From Pachysolen tannophilus NRRL Y-2460 (lineage: Eukaryota), in assembly GCA_001661245.1 (NCBI GenBank), contig KV454011.1, positions 1,714,041 to 1,778,040 of the forward strand: 64,000 bases of DNA, in the 5' to 3' direction. The position numbers and the translations under genes are program-made. The notes below the pieces were generated by a model, which worked only from the letters and a program-made list of their open reading frames with translations, had not been told where the DNA came from and searched no databases. Numbering within the stretch: position 1 is the first letter of the stretch; the number at the start of each line of letters is the position of its first letter. Shown here in pieces: positions 1 to 12,791 of the stretch.

Positions 1-1560
1 GCTTGCTCAGATACTTTCAGTGATGGTCTATTGGATTGTACCCAAATTGCTTCTGATATCGAGACATGCCAATCTCTTGGAAAAAAAGTCTTATTATCTT
101 TGGGTGGTGAAGCTGGGTCATACGGTTTTAGCTCAGACTCTGAAGCTGAAACATTTGCTGATACCTTATGGAACATGTTTGGGGAAGGATCAGCAGATGA
201 AAGACCATTTGGAACTTCAGTTGTCGATGGTTTTGATTTTGATATTGAAAACAATAACCAAACAGGTTACGTTGCTTTGGCCAATAAATTGAGAACTTAT
301 TATTCTACTGGATCAAAAGACTATTACATTTCTGCTGCTCCACAATGTGTTTATCCAGACGCCAGTGTTGGTGACCTTCTTAGTGGAGCTGATGTCGATT
401 TTGCTTTCATTCAATTCTACAATAATGACTGTGATTTAGATAAGGCTGATTACAACTGGGACACTTGGGCCAACTATGCTTCCACTGTTTCACCAAATTC
501 AGATATAAAGCTTTTCGTTGGTTTACCAGCTTCTTCAAGTGCAGCAACAACTGGTTATATCTCAGATCTTGACACTATAAAAGAAAAGATTGAGGCTATT
601 GGCTCAAATTCAAACTTTGGTGGTATTATGCTTTGGGATGCGTCTCAAGGTTTTGCAAATGAAATTTCAAGTGGAGAAAACTATGTTGAAGCTATGAAAT
701 CAATTTTAACGGACGTTTATGGAGCAAGCAGTACTGCTTCATCTACAAGTTCTTCATCAACAGCTTCATCTACCAGTTCTTCATCATCAGCTTCATCATC
801 GGCTTCATCAACATCGACTACTCTTCAAGCAGCTGTTACCACACAAAGTTCATCTTCATCTTCCTCTTCTTCCTCAGCATTAAATACATTCTCATCATCT
901 AGCGAGGAAAGTACCTTTGTTCCAACAACTTTTTCAACTTTGACCTCAAGTGCTGAAAGTACACAAAGCCCTTCGACATTGACAACTCAAAGTCCAAATG
1001 CCCCATTTGCCCAAACTTCAACTGAATCCAGTATTATTTCAAACAGCACAGCAAGCTTTAGCTTTCCTAATCTTCCTAATACTGTCCCAACTTTCAACCC
1101 AAACGCAGATAAATCAGAAACCGCTCCTGGGCCAAATTTCACAGATGCCCCATCTTCATCATCCACTACAGAAGCTAATACAGCACCTAATACAGTAGCT
1201 ACTACATTGGCTACTACATTAGCCACTACATTGGCAACAACTTCAACATCTTCGGCTACCTCTTCTGCTAGTTCTTCAACTGCCTCTGGATACACCGACT
1301 GCTCATCACTTTCTGGTGCGAAAGAAGCTAAATGTATGAATAGCAATTTCAAAAAAGGCTTATTCTTAGGATCAGCAGACTCATGTGAAGAAGGACAATA
1401 TGCTTGTTCAGCTAGTGGACAAATTGCTCAATGTAACTGGGGAAAATGGGCGTTAACTACATGTGCTTCTGGAACTACTTGTTATGCATTTTCTTCTTCT
1501 GAACTAGTTGTCATTGGATGCAATTATTCATATGAAGAGAGTCAATATGAAAAGAAATGA
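1..1560 (+). CDS. CTS1: GH18 class III endochitinase with Ser/Thr-rich stalk and C-terminal Cys-rich chitin-binding (CBM19-type) module; 5'-partial
   Basis: Frame is open from base 1 (ACSDTFSDGLLDCTQIA...). Contains KKVLLSLGG, catalytic DGFDFDIE, SAAPQC, FIQFYNN and GGIMLWD, then an S/T-rich linker and a 6-Cys C-terminal domain. Confidence 0.95.
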   Translation, partial: ACSDTFSDGLLDCTQIASDIETCQSLGKKVLLSLGGEAGSYGFSSDSEAETFADTLWNMFGEGSADERPFGTSVVDGFDFDIENNNQTGYVALANKLRTYYSTGSKDYYISAAPQCVYPDASVGDLLSGADVDFAFIQFYNNDCDLDKADYNWDTWANYASTVSPNSDIKLFVGLPASSSAATTGYISDLDTIKEKIEAIGSNSNFGGIMLWDASQGFANEISSGENYVEAMKSILTDVYGASSTASSTSSSSTASSTSSSSSASSSASSTSTTLQAAVTTQSSSSSSSSSSALNTFSSSSEESTFVPTTFSTLTSSAESTQSPSTLTTQSPNAPFAQTSTESSIISNSTASFSFPNLPNTVPTFNPNADKSETAPGPNFTDAPSSSSTTEANTAPNTVATTLATTLATTLATTSTSSATSSASSSTASGYTDCSSLSGAKEAKCMNSNFKKGLFLGSADSCEEGQYACSASGQIAQCNWGKWALTTCASGTTCYAFSSSELVVIGCNYSYEESQYEKK

Positions 1561-1787
1561 ACTGTTATTGGGAGACCGTTTAGTTCAAATTAGTTGGTAT
1601 TTTTGGTGTTTGTACTTTTATTTCTATTATTATGTTAATTCGGTTTTTGTCTTATATTATTATTATATTATGTTTATGTTTATGTTTGTTTAATTAATTA
1701 TTGTTACAATAAAAATTGTTTTTAATTTTCCTTTTGTAAAATGTAATTAATTCTATTGTATAAATATGGGTGTACGTATATAGAATA

Positions 1788-2564
1788 CTATATATGAGCA
1801 TTCCAATCAGGATACAAGAAATATGAATAAATTCTTGATCTAATCTCAATTGTTTCACTTTCTTCTTCAAAAATAGGTTTCCAACGAACCAAATCATTTT
1901 TTTCTACTCTAAATCCAAACTCTTTAGCCTTTTCGAAAAAATCCAAATCTGCGTGAATCAATTTTGGTCTGTGTGGTGAAAAGACAACAAAACAACAACC
2001 ATTTGCAGAAATATTTTTTTTACAAGTTTCTAATAGTTTTAAATGTTCAGTGTGATTAAATACTAAATCGGCTAATATGATTAAATCAAATTTTTCATCT
2101 TTACCAATTTCTGAGGTAAATGGTTCGTAGTCGTTACCCCATATATACCCCTTAACAATAACATTTTGCCTTTCATTTAAACCTGGGCAATTCTTAATAT
2201 TATAATCAATATTAGAAATTAATTCAGGCTCTGGATAATCAGTAGCAACAACTTTTTTGGCATCATTCAACCCACAAATTAATGAAGGCAAAGCACTGCC
2301 GGCTCCTAATTCTAATACATTTTTACCCTTTACCAAAGTTTCAGCATGTTCATCAAGATAATTAGCTGTATATATCCCGGCATTCCATAACAAGTGCCCC
2401 CATAAAGGTGATTTTCCCACAAGTCGAAGAGTAATTGATTGTGGATTTGCATTTTTAATGATTCTCTCATATGTTGCAAAGTGCGGTTCTGGTTCTGGTT
2501 TGAAATAACCTTCTGGTTCTTGAAACATATCACCATTCAATGAAATTTCATCACTATCGCTCAT
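1788..2564 (-). CDS. EFM7: Protein N-terminal/lysine N-methyltransferase (EFM7/NNT1)
   Basis: [33 protein letters not shown] motif, [18 protein letters not shown]. First ATG is at 2564 (the ORF track starts at a TTG). Confidence 0.92.
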   Translation of the reverse strand: MSDSDEISLNGDMFQEPEGYFKPEPEPHFATYERIIKNANPQSITLRLVGKSPLWGHLLWNAGIYTANYLDEHAETLVKGKNVLELGAGSALPSLICGLNDAKKVVATDYPEPELISNIDYNIKNCPGLNERQNVIVKGYIWGNDYEPFTSEIGKDEKFDLIILADLVFNHTEHLKLLETCKKNISANGCCFVVFSPHRPKLIHADLDFFEKAKEFGFRVEKNDLVRWKPIFEEESETIEIRSRIYSYFLYPDWNAHI

Positions 2565-2612
2565 TTTCAATTTCAAGATTTTAGATGAATGTCAAAAGTA
2601 GAGAGTATAATT

Positions 2613-2680
2613 CGATGAGATCAAGATGAGATGAAAATAAAAAAGAAAAAAAATATAGAATATAAATTAATTTTTCACTT
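2613..2680. promoter_or_regulatory. PAC-like (GATGAG x2) and RRPE-like (TGAAAAATT, minus strand) ribosome-biogenesis elements upstream of EFM7
   Basis: cgatgag...gatgag at 2613-2630 and aatttttca at about 2669-2677, 50-115 bp upstream of the ATG. Confidence 0.45.
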
Positions 2681-3016
2681 TTTCTCCTTTTGAACTCTTT
2701 TGCTTTCCGATTACACAAAGAAAGCCCCTATTGAACAAGAATTTGTTGTTTCAATTACTAGTAATCTCTAGCTATAATTCTACAATGAAAACAACCAGAG
2801 ATTTAAAGGTCAAAGGTCTATCTATCTAAGTTTAAATCAAGTTTATTTTTTTTTTTAGAAAATTATGTATTACACCATAAAAGAAACGAGAAAAAAAAAA
2901 AAAACAATATAATAATCACCTTCAAATGAACAAATCCAAGAACTATTTTCTTAAAAAATTCATTTAACCGAAATAGAATACTTATGTCTGTCTAATTTTA
3001 TTTATATGAAACTAGC

Positions 3017-3618
3017 TTAAGCTGAGTTAGCATTTCTCTTTTGGTTACCAGCAACGACATTAACAAATCTTCTAGTGTATAATAATCTCTTGTAAGCGCG
3101 ACCTTTTGGCTGCTTTGGCTTTTCTTGCTTTTCAACTTTTGGTGTTTGTGACTTAACTTTACCAGCACGAGCTAATGAACCGTGAACTTTACCCTATAAA
3201 ATGTGTTAGTAAATCTAATCAGATTAAATGAAAAATGGTTAAGAAATCATAGAAAACCATTATATAAAATGAATCTTTTCGAATATATAATAGGAATAAT
3301 AATACTCTTGCTCAAAAAATAGTTATATTATCAAGAACCAGTCACATTTAGAAAATATTCACTTCTTCCTCCCTTCCCATATCTATATCGCTGATAATCT
3401 TCTTTTAAAAAATATTTCAGTAATGGATTGCTAACCTTATACATTTCTTTAACAAAACTTGTTGGATGGCAAAAAAAAAAATTAAATTAAAAATAAAAAA
3501 AAATTTCCACTCTATTTTTTTTCATGATTAACTTGATGAATAAACTATTAACAATTGCAAAAGTATTACTTTCCCTATGACTTCCATTATCTCAACAACG
3601 ATTATAATAACATACCAT
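3017..3618 (-). CDS. RPS30: 40S ribosomal protein eS30; exon1 3616-3618 (ATG), intron 3194-3615, exon2 3017-3193
   Basis: Not in the ORF track. Exon2 reads [45 protein letters not shown]. Intron has GTATGT donor, TACTAAC branch (3205-3211) and TAG acceptor. Confidence 0.97.
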
Positions 3619-3882
3619 TTTGATGTATATTTGTTATTTACTATAAAAATGAATATATAATTAATTAATATTTAAATTAAATTAAATTATAGATACTTTT
3701 TCAAAAGAAAATTCGTCACAGAAATTTTTTTTTTTTTTTTTTTTCTTCATTTTTCACTGCATCTGCCAATCCACAAAATTACAACGTGTCAGCAAAAAAT
3801 GTAAAAGGTAGTGTTTAGAGAACTAAACAATATAGTGTTCTGTGATTTACACCTACAATGAACAATGTTACTCTAAGCCTGC

Positions 3883-3890
3883 TGTGACTG
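3883..3890. promoter_or_regulatory. Homol-D box (TGTGACTG/CAGTCACA) in RPS30 promoter
   Basis: Exact 8-mer about 265 bp upstream of the RPS30 ATG. The same 8-mer occurs in the RPS30 intron (3339-3346) and the RPL2 promoter (49531-49538). Confidence 0.55.
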
Positions 3891-4010
3891 CGAGCACAAG
3901 TTTCCGAATTGGGAAAATACATATGTAATTCCATTTTATTTAGTTTTTGTTTGGTAGTTTCTAACACTACCAAATAAGAAATAACAAATTAAAAGAAGAT
4001 GATTACCTAA

Positions 4011-4686
4011 TTAAGATGTTTCGCTTATAGTAACAAGTACAAAAATTAAAATAGTTAGCTTGATTAATTTGTTAGTAAATAATATTGATGATGGCGGTTA
4101 AGATTTTTAGGAAAACAATTTTGAAATAGGTAAACTTGTTACTTACGATTAGAACCAATGACAATGTGATTGCGATGAATAGCCTACTGGCTGGGAATAT
4201 GTTTTCTGTCAAGAGTTGTTGAATGGTGAAATATCTTACAACACCAAAGACTAATGTAATCATTGCAGTAGCTAAAAATAATAAACCTATTGGCCGTCCA
4301 AATTCTTTTATTTTATTTTCTGATAATCTGAGTAACTGAGTAATTCCAACCCCAACAGATGCAAATGCTAAACTTGTTCTTAACCATGATAAAAAAGTTC
4401 TTTCACTAGCCAAATGATCTCTCGCCACGGAACCAGTATTTTCTAAATATAAAGCTCCATAGTCCCAAATAAAAAATCTATGCTTCTTCTGTAATTGTTG
4501 ATCATAATCAGGTTGCAGCTGCTGAGGTTGTTGATTATTATTATCGTTGTTACTTCTAGGATTTTTCCTAATTGTAGTACCTAAAACGTTCAGTGCTGGT
4601 ATCACACTGCTTTTTCTTCTTACACTTGTATTATCCCCAAAGCGTATGTGATTACTTGATCCCCCATCCATCCCTGATGGTTCCAT
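4011..4686 (-). CDS. DUF202 (YidH/Vtc1-like) 3-TM membrane protein, paralogue A; exon1 4147-4686, intron 4059-4146, exon2 4011-4058
   Basis: ENTGSVARDHLASERTFLSWLRTSLAF motif. GTAAGT donor, TACTAAC 4071-4077, AAG acceptor. Splicing completes TM3 (LVLI|LTILIFVLV). Confidence 0.85.
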
Positions 4687-4919
4687 CTCTATAAGATTAT
4701 GATTTCTATGGTGCTGATTGATCAAGTCAATTAATAATTATCAAATAATTAATACTCAATTCTATCTATCTATTTTACACACATCAAAAACAAAATTGAG
4801 AATATGCACATACTCACGTGATATATATTTATCAAAAGAATCTGTGTTAAAAACATATAATTTAAAATCAAACTGTGTGTTTTATTTTCTTTTTATTATT
4901 ATTATTATCAATATCCTAC

Positions 4920-5723
4920 TTAAACCTTAGCAACTACTGCCAATACCACAATAGTCATCTATTTGAAAAGTATTTTATTTTTTAGTTAGTAAATTAGTTG
5001 TATCAAACAATAAAAATTGGCACTTTTCCACTTTTCCACTTTTCCACTTACTGTTAACAATGAAAATAATAAAACTATAATACTTAACCTATCAATTGGA
5101 AATCGATTATCTTCTAATAATTTTTGTACAAGGAAATACCTAATGAACCCAAATAAAGTACATAAAACTGCTATTGTAACAAAACAAATCCCCAATGGCT
5201 TACCAAATGATGATATATTCTTAGTCTTATACATAATATAACTACTACCATCTTCCAGAGAAAGATTAAATAATTGTACTATTCCCACTCCTACTGCTAC
5301 AAAACTTAAACTAGTTCTTGCCCATGCTAATACTGTCCTCTCATTTGCTAACTGAAATTTTTTTTTTTATTTTTTTTTTAATACTAGTTAGTAATCTTAT
5401 TCCGTCATTCATAATAAATTTTTATTTTATAAATTACTTACGTGATCCCTAGCCACCGTTCCCTTATTAGGAACAGAGAATACAAATTTCCATTTTTCAC
5501 AATAATTCATGATAATGTTTGTAAAACTATTCTTTTCTTGAATTTCTTCATCATTATTATTATTATTATTTTTGCGGCGTTCCACATCTTGTATTATCTC
5601 ATCGGGCAGCACTTCACTTGAAGTTTCTAAATTTTGAGAATTATTCACATTTGTAATACCATTAAAATTATCTCTCTCATTCCCTGTAAATCTAGAAGTT
5701 AAAATCGAAAAATTCTCCAGCAT
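4920..5723 (-). CDS. DUF202 membrane protein, paralogue B; exons 5442-5723, 5052-5351, 4920-4958
   Basis: Splicing rebuilds NKGTVARDH|LANERTVLAWARTSLSF. Both introns have GTAAGT donors, TACTAAC branches (5387-5393, 4985-4991) and CAG/TAG acceptors. All phase 0. Confidence 0.85.
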
Positions 5724-6101
5724 TGTTTGAAATCTTTATTGTTATTGATCAATCTTGGTTTCTTTCATATAACTAAAGCTTTAGTCACTTTTACTTACCT
5801 ACTATATTATTGTAGATTTAAACATAACAAAAGCTCCATAATACGCTTATTGCTTATTAAACGCGTACACTAAAGCAGTAAGCATGAGTGTACACATAAT
5901 GTTTGCGCGCTTGCAAGTAAATTGCGTCTATTTATGCGCGCATTTTGGAGATTTTTTTTTTCACTTTTATTGTTGCTAACAATGGATAAGTCAAAATACA
6001 TCACAACTATACTTGAATTGAATTTGTTAGTAAAAGCAACGCATAAAAGAATTAAAGAAAAAAAATTTTTTTTAAAATTAATTTATTTTTTTTCCGGCTC
6101 A

Positions 6102-7017
6102 ATGTCTTCTTCTGCTGTTCAGAAATCATTGGTTGTATTTGGAGGTAATGGGTTTTTAGGTAGGAGAATATGTCAACAGGGTATTCAAAAAGGATATAAG
6201 ATCACTTCCATGTCGTAAGTATCAATGATTTTGTTTTATTCGGAGCAAAAAACGGAAAACGTTACTAACTTTATTCATATATATATATATTTTTAGTCGT
6301 TCGGGTGCTCCACCTAAAAATATTTTACCCAGTGATAATCAATGGGTTGAGAAAGTCAATTGGAAAAAAGTGAATATTTTTGACCCAGAAACATATGCAG
6401 ATGAGTTAGCAACTTCAAACATTGTTGTACATTCATTGGGAATCTTATTAGAAGGTCGAAACTATAAGGAAACACTCAATTCATTTCCAGGTTCCAAGAA
6501 CTCTAGTGTTTTTTGTAAAAATGGAGTTTCTTCGATATCACCTTATCCAAATCCAATGGATAAATCTATTTACAATAGTTATGACTATATGAACAGACAA
6601 TCTGCTTTAATTGCATGTCGAGAATTTCTTGAAAAAACCGATCCATTCTCAAAGAGGACTTTTGTTTATATATCTGCAGATCAAAATTTTGTTGGTATAC
6701 CGCATGGATATTTGGATTCAAAGAGAAAAGCAGAATCAGAGATATTACAAATGAAACAAAATTTTGAAAATTTTCAACCTATATTAATGAGACCTAGTTT
6801 TATGTTTGATGAAACTATTTCAAATGATTTTCGTGTCATTTTAAAAGATGGGCTAAGTTTATTAAATTATGTAAATAAAAATTTATTAAATGATACCCTT
6901 TCAAGTTTTGTTAGACCTCCAGTTTCAACACAAAAAGTTGCTAGATGTATATTTGATAAGATTGAAGAAGAAAAATTTGATGGACCAGTTTTATTAGAAG
7001 AAATTTTAAAACATTGA
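6102..7017 (+). CDS. COQ11: Atypical SDR / NAD-binding epimerase-family coenzyme Q biosynthesis protein; exon1 6102-6214, intron 6215-6296, exon2 6297-7017
   Basis: VVFGGNGFLGRRIC Rossmann motif; spliced SMS|RSGAPP; VHSLGILLE; YISAD; GYLDSKRKAE; MRPSFMFDE. Intron GTAAGT / TACTAAC 6263-6269 / TAG. Confidence 0.88.
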
Positions 7018-7193
7018 TCTTTTGCATATATTCTACAAGTTATGATCATGCAGATTTAATGAAAATAATAATAATAATAAAACTCCTATTATATAATGAA
7101 TGTATAAATGATAAATAAAATCAAGCAAAAACAAAAACAAAAACAGAAGAAGGGTTACTATTCCATAAAAGTTGAATTAAACTTAATGCCTAC

Positions 7194-8996
7194 TTAATGT
7201 TTTTTATTTCTAAAAGTTTTCAAGGGATCATTTTTCTTATTGTTTCCCTTTTTCCTTCTTCCACCTTTATGAACTTTATTCTTTGTAAAAGGAACAAATC
7301 CAATTTTCTTGATTTCTTTTCTACTAGATTCAGGCAACAAATATTCAGGTACTCTTTTCAAATGCATTTGAACTCTACTAGGATGTAATTCTTTATCATG
7401 TCTCAAATTGTATAAATCCAGTGGATTTTCTTCAAAATGTCTTTTCAATTTATCAGATGTTAATAATTCATTTTTCAATTCTTTTACTCTTGCTTCTCTT
7501 ATTGCAACATTTGTCACAGCTCTAAATGCATCTTCATTCCTATAACGGAATCCTTCAACTTGTTTCATATCGAATTGATATGGTTTTAATTCAAATCCTA
7601 TTTTCTCTTGTTGTCTAATAATCTTAGCTAAAACTTTTTCATCTTTCTTTGCAGTAGCTAATGATGATGGTCTATGCTTACCAAATTCTTTTTGTAAAAC
7701 TACAAACGAGAGGGCCATTCCTGATTTCCCTGCTCTTGCTGTTCTTCCAATTCTATGAATATAAGCTTTTGAAGTGGTTGGTAAGTCAAAATTCAAAACG
7801 CATGCGACATTTTGGAAATCCACACCTCTTGAAACACCATATTCACCGTCTTTTAAATTTTTCTTATCTTTCTTTTTCTTGTCCTTGCCAGTAATTTCCT
7901 TCTTTTCTTCTTCATTTTTTTGTTCTTCTTCTTCTTTTTCTTTTTCTTCATCATCTTCTTCATCGATTTCACTTGTAAAATCATTTGTCTCATCTGTAGC
8001 TATCAATAAATTATATACATTCTTATTAAATTCCTCAACTATATGCAACCTTGAATTAATTGGTAATTCACTATTTAATATGCATGATCTAATACCAAAT
8101 TGTTCTAAAAACAATTTCAATCTATAACCTCTATCAATATTATTAACAAATACAAGAGTTTTCCCCTTAATCAATTGTAATTTAAAAATAACATAAGTTA
8201 ATAAAAATTTATCAAATTCTGAAGTCTTGACATAAAATTGAATTAATTTTTTTTGATTAATCAGATCCTCATTTAATTTTAAAACCGCTGGTCTTGAACA
8301 AAATTTTTGTTTTAATTCATTAATATCATCATTAATTGTTGCACTCATCAAGAAAACTTGAATATTTTTAAAATTTAAAAATTCAAATAATTTATTTAAA
8401 TCTTCATCATAACCATAAGATAATATCAAATCTACTTCATCAATACAAAAAGAACGTACAGTTTTAAGATTTATCTTTGATCTTACTTGTTCCAAAATCT
8501 TAACTAATTTAGATGGAGTTGAAACAATAATTTCTGGATTTTCAGATAATAAACTAATTTGAATATTCTCATTGATATTTGAAGATAAATTTAAAACTTT
8601 AACTACTTTCCCACAATATAAAGTCAATTTCTCAATAAAATTTGTAACTTGATTTGATAATTCTCTTGTTGGAACCAATACAATAGATCTTATTTTATGC
8701 TCATCTTGATGCTCATCTCCATTCCCAGTTTCCTCCTCTTGTAAAATACTCTGAATTATAGGGATGGCATACGCAGCAGTCTTACCTGAACCCGTAGTGG
8801 CCTTGGCTATTATATCCCTTTTATCTTGTAACGCCAATGGAATCGCCTTGGACTGTACTAAAGTCGGATTTATGAATCCAAGTTGATTAATTGACTGTAA
8901 CAACCTTGGATCTAAATTGAAAGATCCAAAACTAACAGAATCATCAACATATGCATCAGCAGCAGCAGCCGTGTTCAAAGGTGAATTCTTCACCAT
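7194..8996 (-). CDS. DBP9: DEAD-box RNA helicase Dbp9 (DDX56)
   Basis: [54 protein letters not shown] motifs. Confidence 0.96.
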   Translation of the reverse strand: MVKNSPLNTAAAADAYVDDSVSFGSFNLDPRLLQSINQLGFINPTLVQSKAIPLALQDKRDIIAKATTGSGKTAAYAIPIIQSILQEEETGNGDEHQDEHKIRSIVLVPTRELSNQVTNFIEKLTLYCGKVVKVLNLSSNINENIQISLLSENPEIIVSTPSKLVKILEQVRSKINLKTVRSFCIDEVDLILSYGYDEDLNKLFEFLNFKNIQVFLMSATINDDINELKQKFCSRPAVLKLNEDLINQKKLIQFYVKTSEFDKFLLTYVIFKLQLIKGKTLVFVNNIDRGYRLKLFLEQFGIRSCILNSELPINSRLHIVEEFNKNVYNLLIATDETNDFTSEIDEEDDEEKEKEEEEQKNEEEKKEITGKDKKKKDKKNLKDGEYGVSRGVDFQNVACVLNFDLPTTSKAYIHRIGRTARAGKSGMALSFVVLQKEFGKHRPSSLATAKKDEKVLAKIIRQQEKIGFELKPYQFDMKQVEGFRYRNEDAFRAVTNVAIREARVKELKNELLTSDKLKRHFEENPLDLYNLRHDKELHPSRVQMHLKRVPEYLLPESSRKEIKKIGFVPFTKNKVHKGGRRKKGNNKKNDPLKTFRNKKH

Positions 8997-9310
8997 AACC
9001 TCTCAAACCAATATACGTTATTGTTTTAAAAACTTATCAAGCCTAATAAACCTTTGTTCTATATATTATTATTATACTATATTATAAAAAAAAAGACAAA
9101 GAAATTCATTATGGAAAAGAACAAAGAGAAAAGAAAGAAAAAAAAAAAAAAAAAAAAAAAAATTTTTTTAAATTTTATGCAGCTACTAAACTTTAAAAAA
9201 ACAAGTTTCCGCATTTGAATATTTGAGTAAAATATGAACTACTTGTTTATGGTTTTTTTTTGTCTCTGTTTGCTGAGAGGACAGCCGAAAAGCGAGCGGT
9301 ATTATTATTG

Positions 9311-9348
9311 TATGGTAGTGTAGTAGTGTAGTAGTGTAGTAGTAGTGT
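9311..9348. repeat. (GTAGT/AGT)n short tandem repeat in the DBP9-CDF divergent promoter
   Basis: ggtagtgtagtagtgtagtagtgtagtagtagtgta seen directly. Confidence 0.7.
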
Positions 9349-9632
9349 AAAAAAAAGAAGGTTTGCTGGATTCCGGCTAGCAAGCTGAAATTTTCTGCTG
9401 GAAATTTCCGGGGAAGAACTTGAGAACCCCAGGGACCAGCAGCCCATTGACGGTGGAAGTTATACTATTTACTATACTAATTTTGAGCACGTTCAAAAGA
9501 ATGAAGAATACCAAAAAATAAAAAAGAAAAAAGAAATATTGCAATTCAGTTTAATATCTATATAATTGGATTTTGGATCATTGACAATAAGAATATTTTA
9601 ATAAGTTAGGTTATATTTATCAATGGAGAGAT

Positions 9633-11366
9633 ATGCTGAGTTATAGTGAGAATAGTAGTGGTTCTTCCATTGCTCCTATTGATGAGCGAGATTCTAGGCT
9701 TCTTTCGTATTCTCCTCTGCCAAATTCCAATAATACCACAGCTCAAAATCTGGATCAAGTACCATCTTCATCACAGTTATTAGGTCTTCGGAGAACTTCT
9801 ACAGCAAGTTTTATTGATTTTGGTAGTATAACTGCTGGTACAATTAGATATTTTACACCATCTGGGAAGATTAGTGAAGAAGAATGTTCACAAAATGGTA
9901 ATTTTAAACATGATCTTTCAAATGATGATAGAAGGTTTTCTTCTATCAGTACGGTTGAAGAAATGCAATCAAAATATCTTACTTTAAAATCAGCAAGACC
10001 AATGAGATTAATAGGTAAGATTGGACGTTTACAAAATTGGTCTTTAGTTTATAAAGATAAAAGTGAATTACAAAAAATTAAAAATAAAAAAGTGAAATTT
10101 TTTTATGAAAAACAAAATCAATTACTTCAAAGATTTAGAGAAATTGATAGATTATTAGATTCAGGAATTCAAATGTCCATGTTAAAATATTATGGTTCAG
10201 ATATTATTGAAGAAGATGGAATGAGGGACCAATATCATAATGAGCAACCACACCTATTGCAACAGCAGCAACTGCAACAGCTGCAACAGCTGCAATATTT
10301 TTCACCTCGTTATTCTCCACTGTTGGTGAGAAATTCAGTAGATCTAACTGGCTCAAGCAACAGTAGACCTCCTAGTAATAAGAAAAATAATTCTAGTTAT
10401 ATTGAAAGTGTTCCAAGGGCTGGTGTTCCAGGAAATATTGACGAAGAAACTGGATTATTATTAGGTTATAATGCAGAACAAGAATCTTCAGCTATTCAAG
10501 TTGCAATTATCGTTAATTTTATTATAAATGTTTTCTTATTATTGAGTAAAATTGTTGCTGTTATATTAACATCTTCTATATCAATTGTTGCATCATTAAC
10601 CGATTCTATCTTGGATTTTTTATCAACTACAATAATATTCATTTCAAATAAGCTTGCTACTCATACTAATAATAAATTTGCATACCCTGTAGGGAGATCA
10701 AGATTAGAACCTTTAGGTGTTTTAATTTTTTCTGTAATTATTATTGTTTCATTTATGCAAGTTGGTACTGAAGCTTTTAGAATTTTAATTGCTCCAGAAC
10801 ATGAATTAGTAAAAATCGGATTAACTCCAAGTTTAATAATGTTATTAACAATTGCTGTTAAACTCATTTGCTTTTTTTGGTGTAAAAGTATAAATTCTTC
10901 TTCTGTTCAGGCTTTAGCAGAAGATGCAAGAACTGATATTGTTTTCAATACTTCTTCTATAGTATTTCCCTTGATTGGACATTATTTTGAAATATGGTGG
11001 GTTGATCCATTATGTGCATTGTCCTTATGTGTTTATATTGTACTTTTATGGTGTTCAATAGCGTACGAACATAGTAATAATTTAACAGGTGCTGCTGCAT
11101 CAAAAGAAGATTATCAAACAATTTTATATTTATGCTCTAGATTTGCAGAAAGTATCAAGAAAATTACCAAGCTTCAAGTATACCATGTTGGTGACAATGT
11201 CAATGTGGAAGTTGATTTGATATTAGATTCTAGCTTGAGCTTTAGAGACTGTCATGACATTGCAGAGTCTCTACAATATACAATAGAGATGTTACCAATA
11301 GTTGAAAGATGTTTTGTTCATATTGATTATAGAGTTGGTAATTATATTGGACATATTACCAAGTGA
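9633..11366 (+). CDS. Cation diffusion facilitator, MTP/Mn-CDF-like metal transporter
   Basis: SISIVASLTDSILDFLS, YPVGRSRLEPLG, LAEDARTD, WWVDP, HDIAESLQ..IE.LP.VERCFVHIDY. About 6 TMs plus a C-terminal dimerisation domain. Confidence 0.9.
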   Translation: MLSYSENSSGSSIAPIDERDSRLLSYSPLPNSNNTTAQNLDQVPSSSQLLGLRRTSTASFIDFGSITAGTIRYFTPSGKISEEECSQNGNFKHDLSNDDRRFSSISTVEEMQSKYLTLKSARPMRLIGKIGRLQNWSLVYKDKSELQKIKNKKVKFFYEKQNQLLQRFREIDRLLDSGIQMSMLKYYGSDIIEEDGMRDQYHNEQPHLLQQQQLQQLQQLQYFSPRYSPLLVRNSVDLTGSSNSRPPSNKKNNSSYIESVPRAGVPGNIDEETGLLLGYNAEQESSAIQVAIIVNFIINVFLLLSKIVAVILTSSISIVASLTDSILDFLSTTIIFISNKLATHTNNKFAYPVGRSRLEPLGVLIFSVIIIVSFMQVGTEAFRILIAPEHELVKIGLTPSLIMLLTIAVKLICFFWCKSINSSSVQALAEDARTDIVFNTSSIVFPLIGHYFEIWWVDPLCALSLCVYIVLLWCSIAYEHSNNLTGAAASKEDYQTILYLCSRFAESIKKITKLQVYHVGDNVNVEVDLILDSSLSFRDCHDIAESLQYTIEMLPIVERCFVHIDYRVGNYIGHITK

Positions 11367-11475
11367 AAAAAAAATAAAAAAAAATAAAAATTAAGTAAAT
11401 GTAAATAGATCAATAATGTATATCTTAGATATGTGTATACAAAAAAGAAAAAAAAATAATTCAAATATTAATATT

Positions 11476-11799
11476 TTACTTCATATTTTTGATTAAATCT
11501 TCAACAATATTAACTTTATCCAGAGCTGTTTGTTTCTTATCAATTCTACTTCCAACTCTAATATCACTTTGAACTCTTAAAACACCCATCTCATGACATA
11601 ACTCGTGCAGCTGACCAACTAAATCCATTACTTCATTCCATGGACCTTCAATGGTAGTGCCAGCACTATGTAATGTACTTTTCAAATTTGATTTTCTAAT
11701 CAAGTTTTCAACTTGAGCAACATAGTTAGATACTGATGGTGATCCTGTTCCTATTGGAATCAAACAAACATCGGCTATACATCTCAATTGACAGACCAT
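11476..11799 (-). CDS. ECM15: UPF0045/thiamine-binding-fold protein
   Basis: [47 protein letters not shown]. Confidence 0.9.
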   Translation of the reverse strand: MVCQLRCIADVCLIPIGTGSPSVSNYVAQVENLIRKSNLKSTLHSAGTTIEGPWNEVMDLVGQLHELCHEMGVLRVQSDIRVGSRIDKKQTALDKVNIVEDLIKNMK

Positions 11800-12791
11800 T
11801 TTCAAAATATCTTTATTATTTTAATTAATTATATATATGAATATTTTTTTTAGCAAACTTCAAAATAAATTGGAATAAATCAAGAATAGTCGGAATAGTT
11901 GAAAACTAGCAGCCAGATAGAAAATAATAGAAACCATTTGATTTCCGTTCGTTTAAAATCACCTTTTAAATCTTTGTCCTGCGCATACAACAACATTTAC
12001 ACACGACCTTTAAATTGATTTTTCTTTTTTTTTTTTTTTTGATTTTTTTATTTTTTTTTTGGGCTTACAAGAAAGGGAATAGAAGGGAAGGGAAGGGACG
12101 GAAAGAAAAGAGGGGCGGCTTGGATGCATCTGTGTGAGCCTGCAAGAAAAGGGAAGAGGAAGGGGGAAAATAATCTACACTGCAGAAAGATACACTTTTT
12201 TAAACGTTTCGGGGATAAAAAAAATGTAAACAAAAAAATATATCTTACCTCGGGGAAGACTTATGCATAGGAAAAAGAGCGAGCGGTACTTATTATTTAT
12301 ATATATGAATATATATATTTTTTTTTTTTTTTTACAAATGTCGGGATTATTGATTAAACACCATAATATACCTTTAATATTTATAATACAACAACTATCA
12401 AACAAATAAAATATTAAACGAAATTTCTATAGGCCATAAAGCGACTGAATATACCACTGAAAACAAAAAATAACAACTGAAAATTTGAAAAATGAAACAA
12501 CAAGGTTTTAATGACCTTTATGCATGTAAACAAAATACGTAGATAACCCACAGAATTTTTGAAATAAAAAATTAAAAAAAAAAAAAATACAATCAAATGA
12601 AAAAAAAAAAAAAAGGGATAAATGTTCCTGAACAATTATTTGTAATTCCTCCATCATAAAAATCAAATTAAAATCGAACGAGCGAATGACTGTGTAAAAA
12701 AAAAAAAAAGTACTTTTTTGGAAAAAGGAAAATAAAATTAAAAAAAAAAAAATCTATTTTATAGATGCACGAGGGAAAAAGAAAAAGAAAA

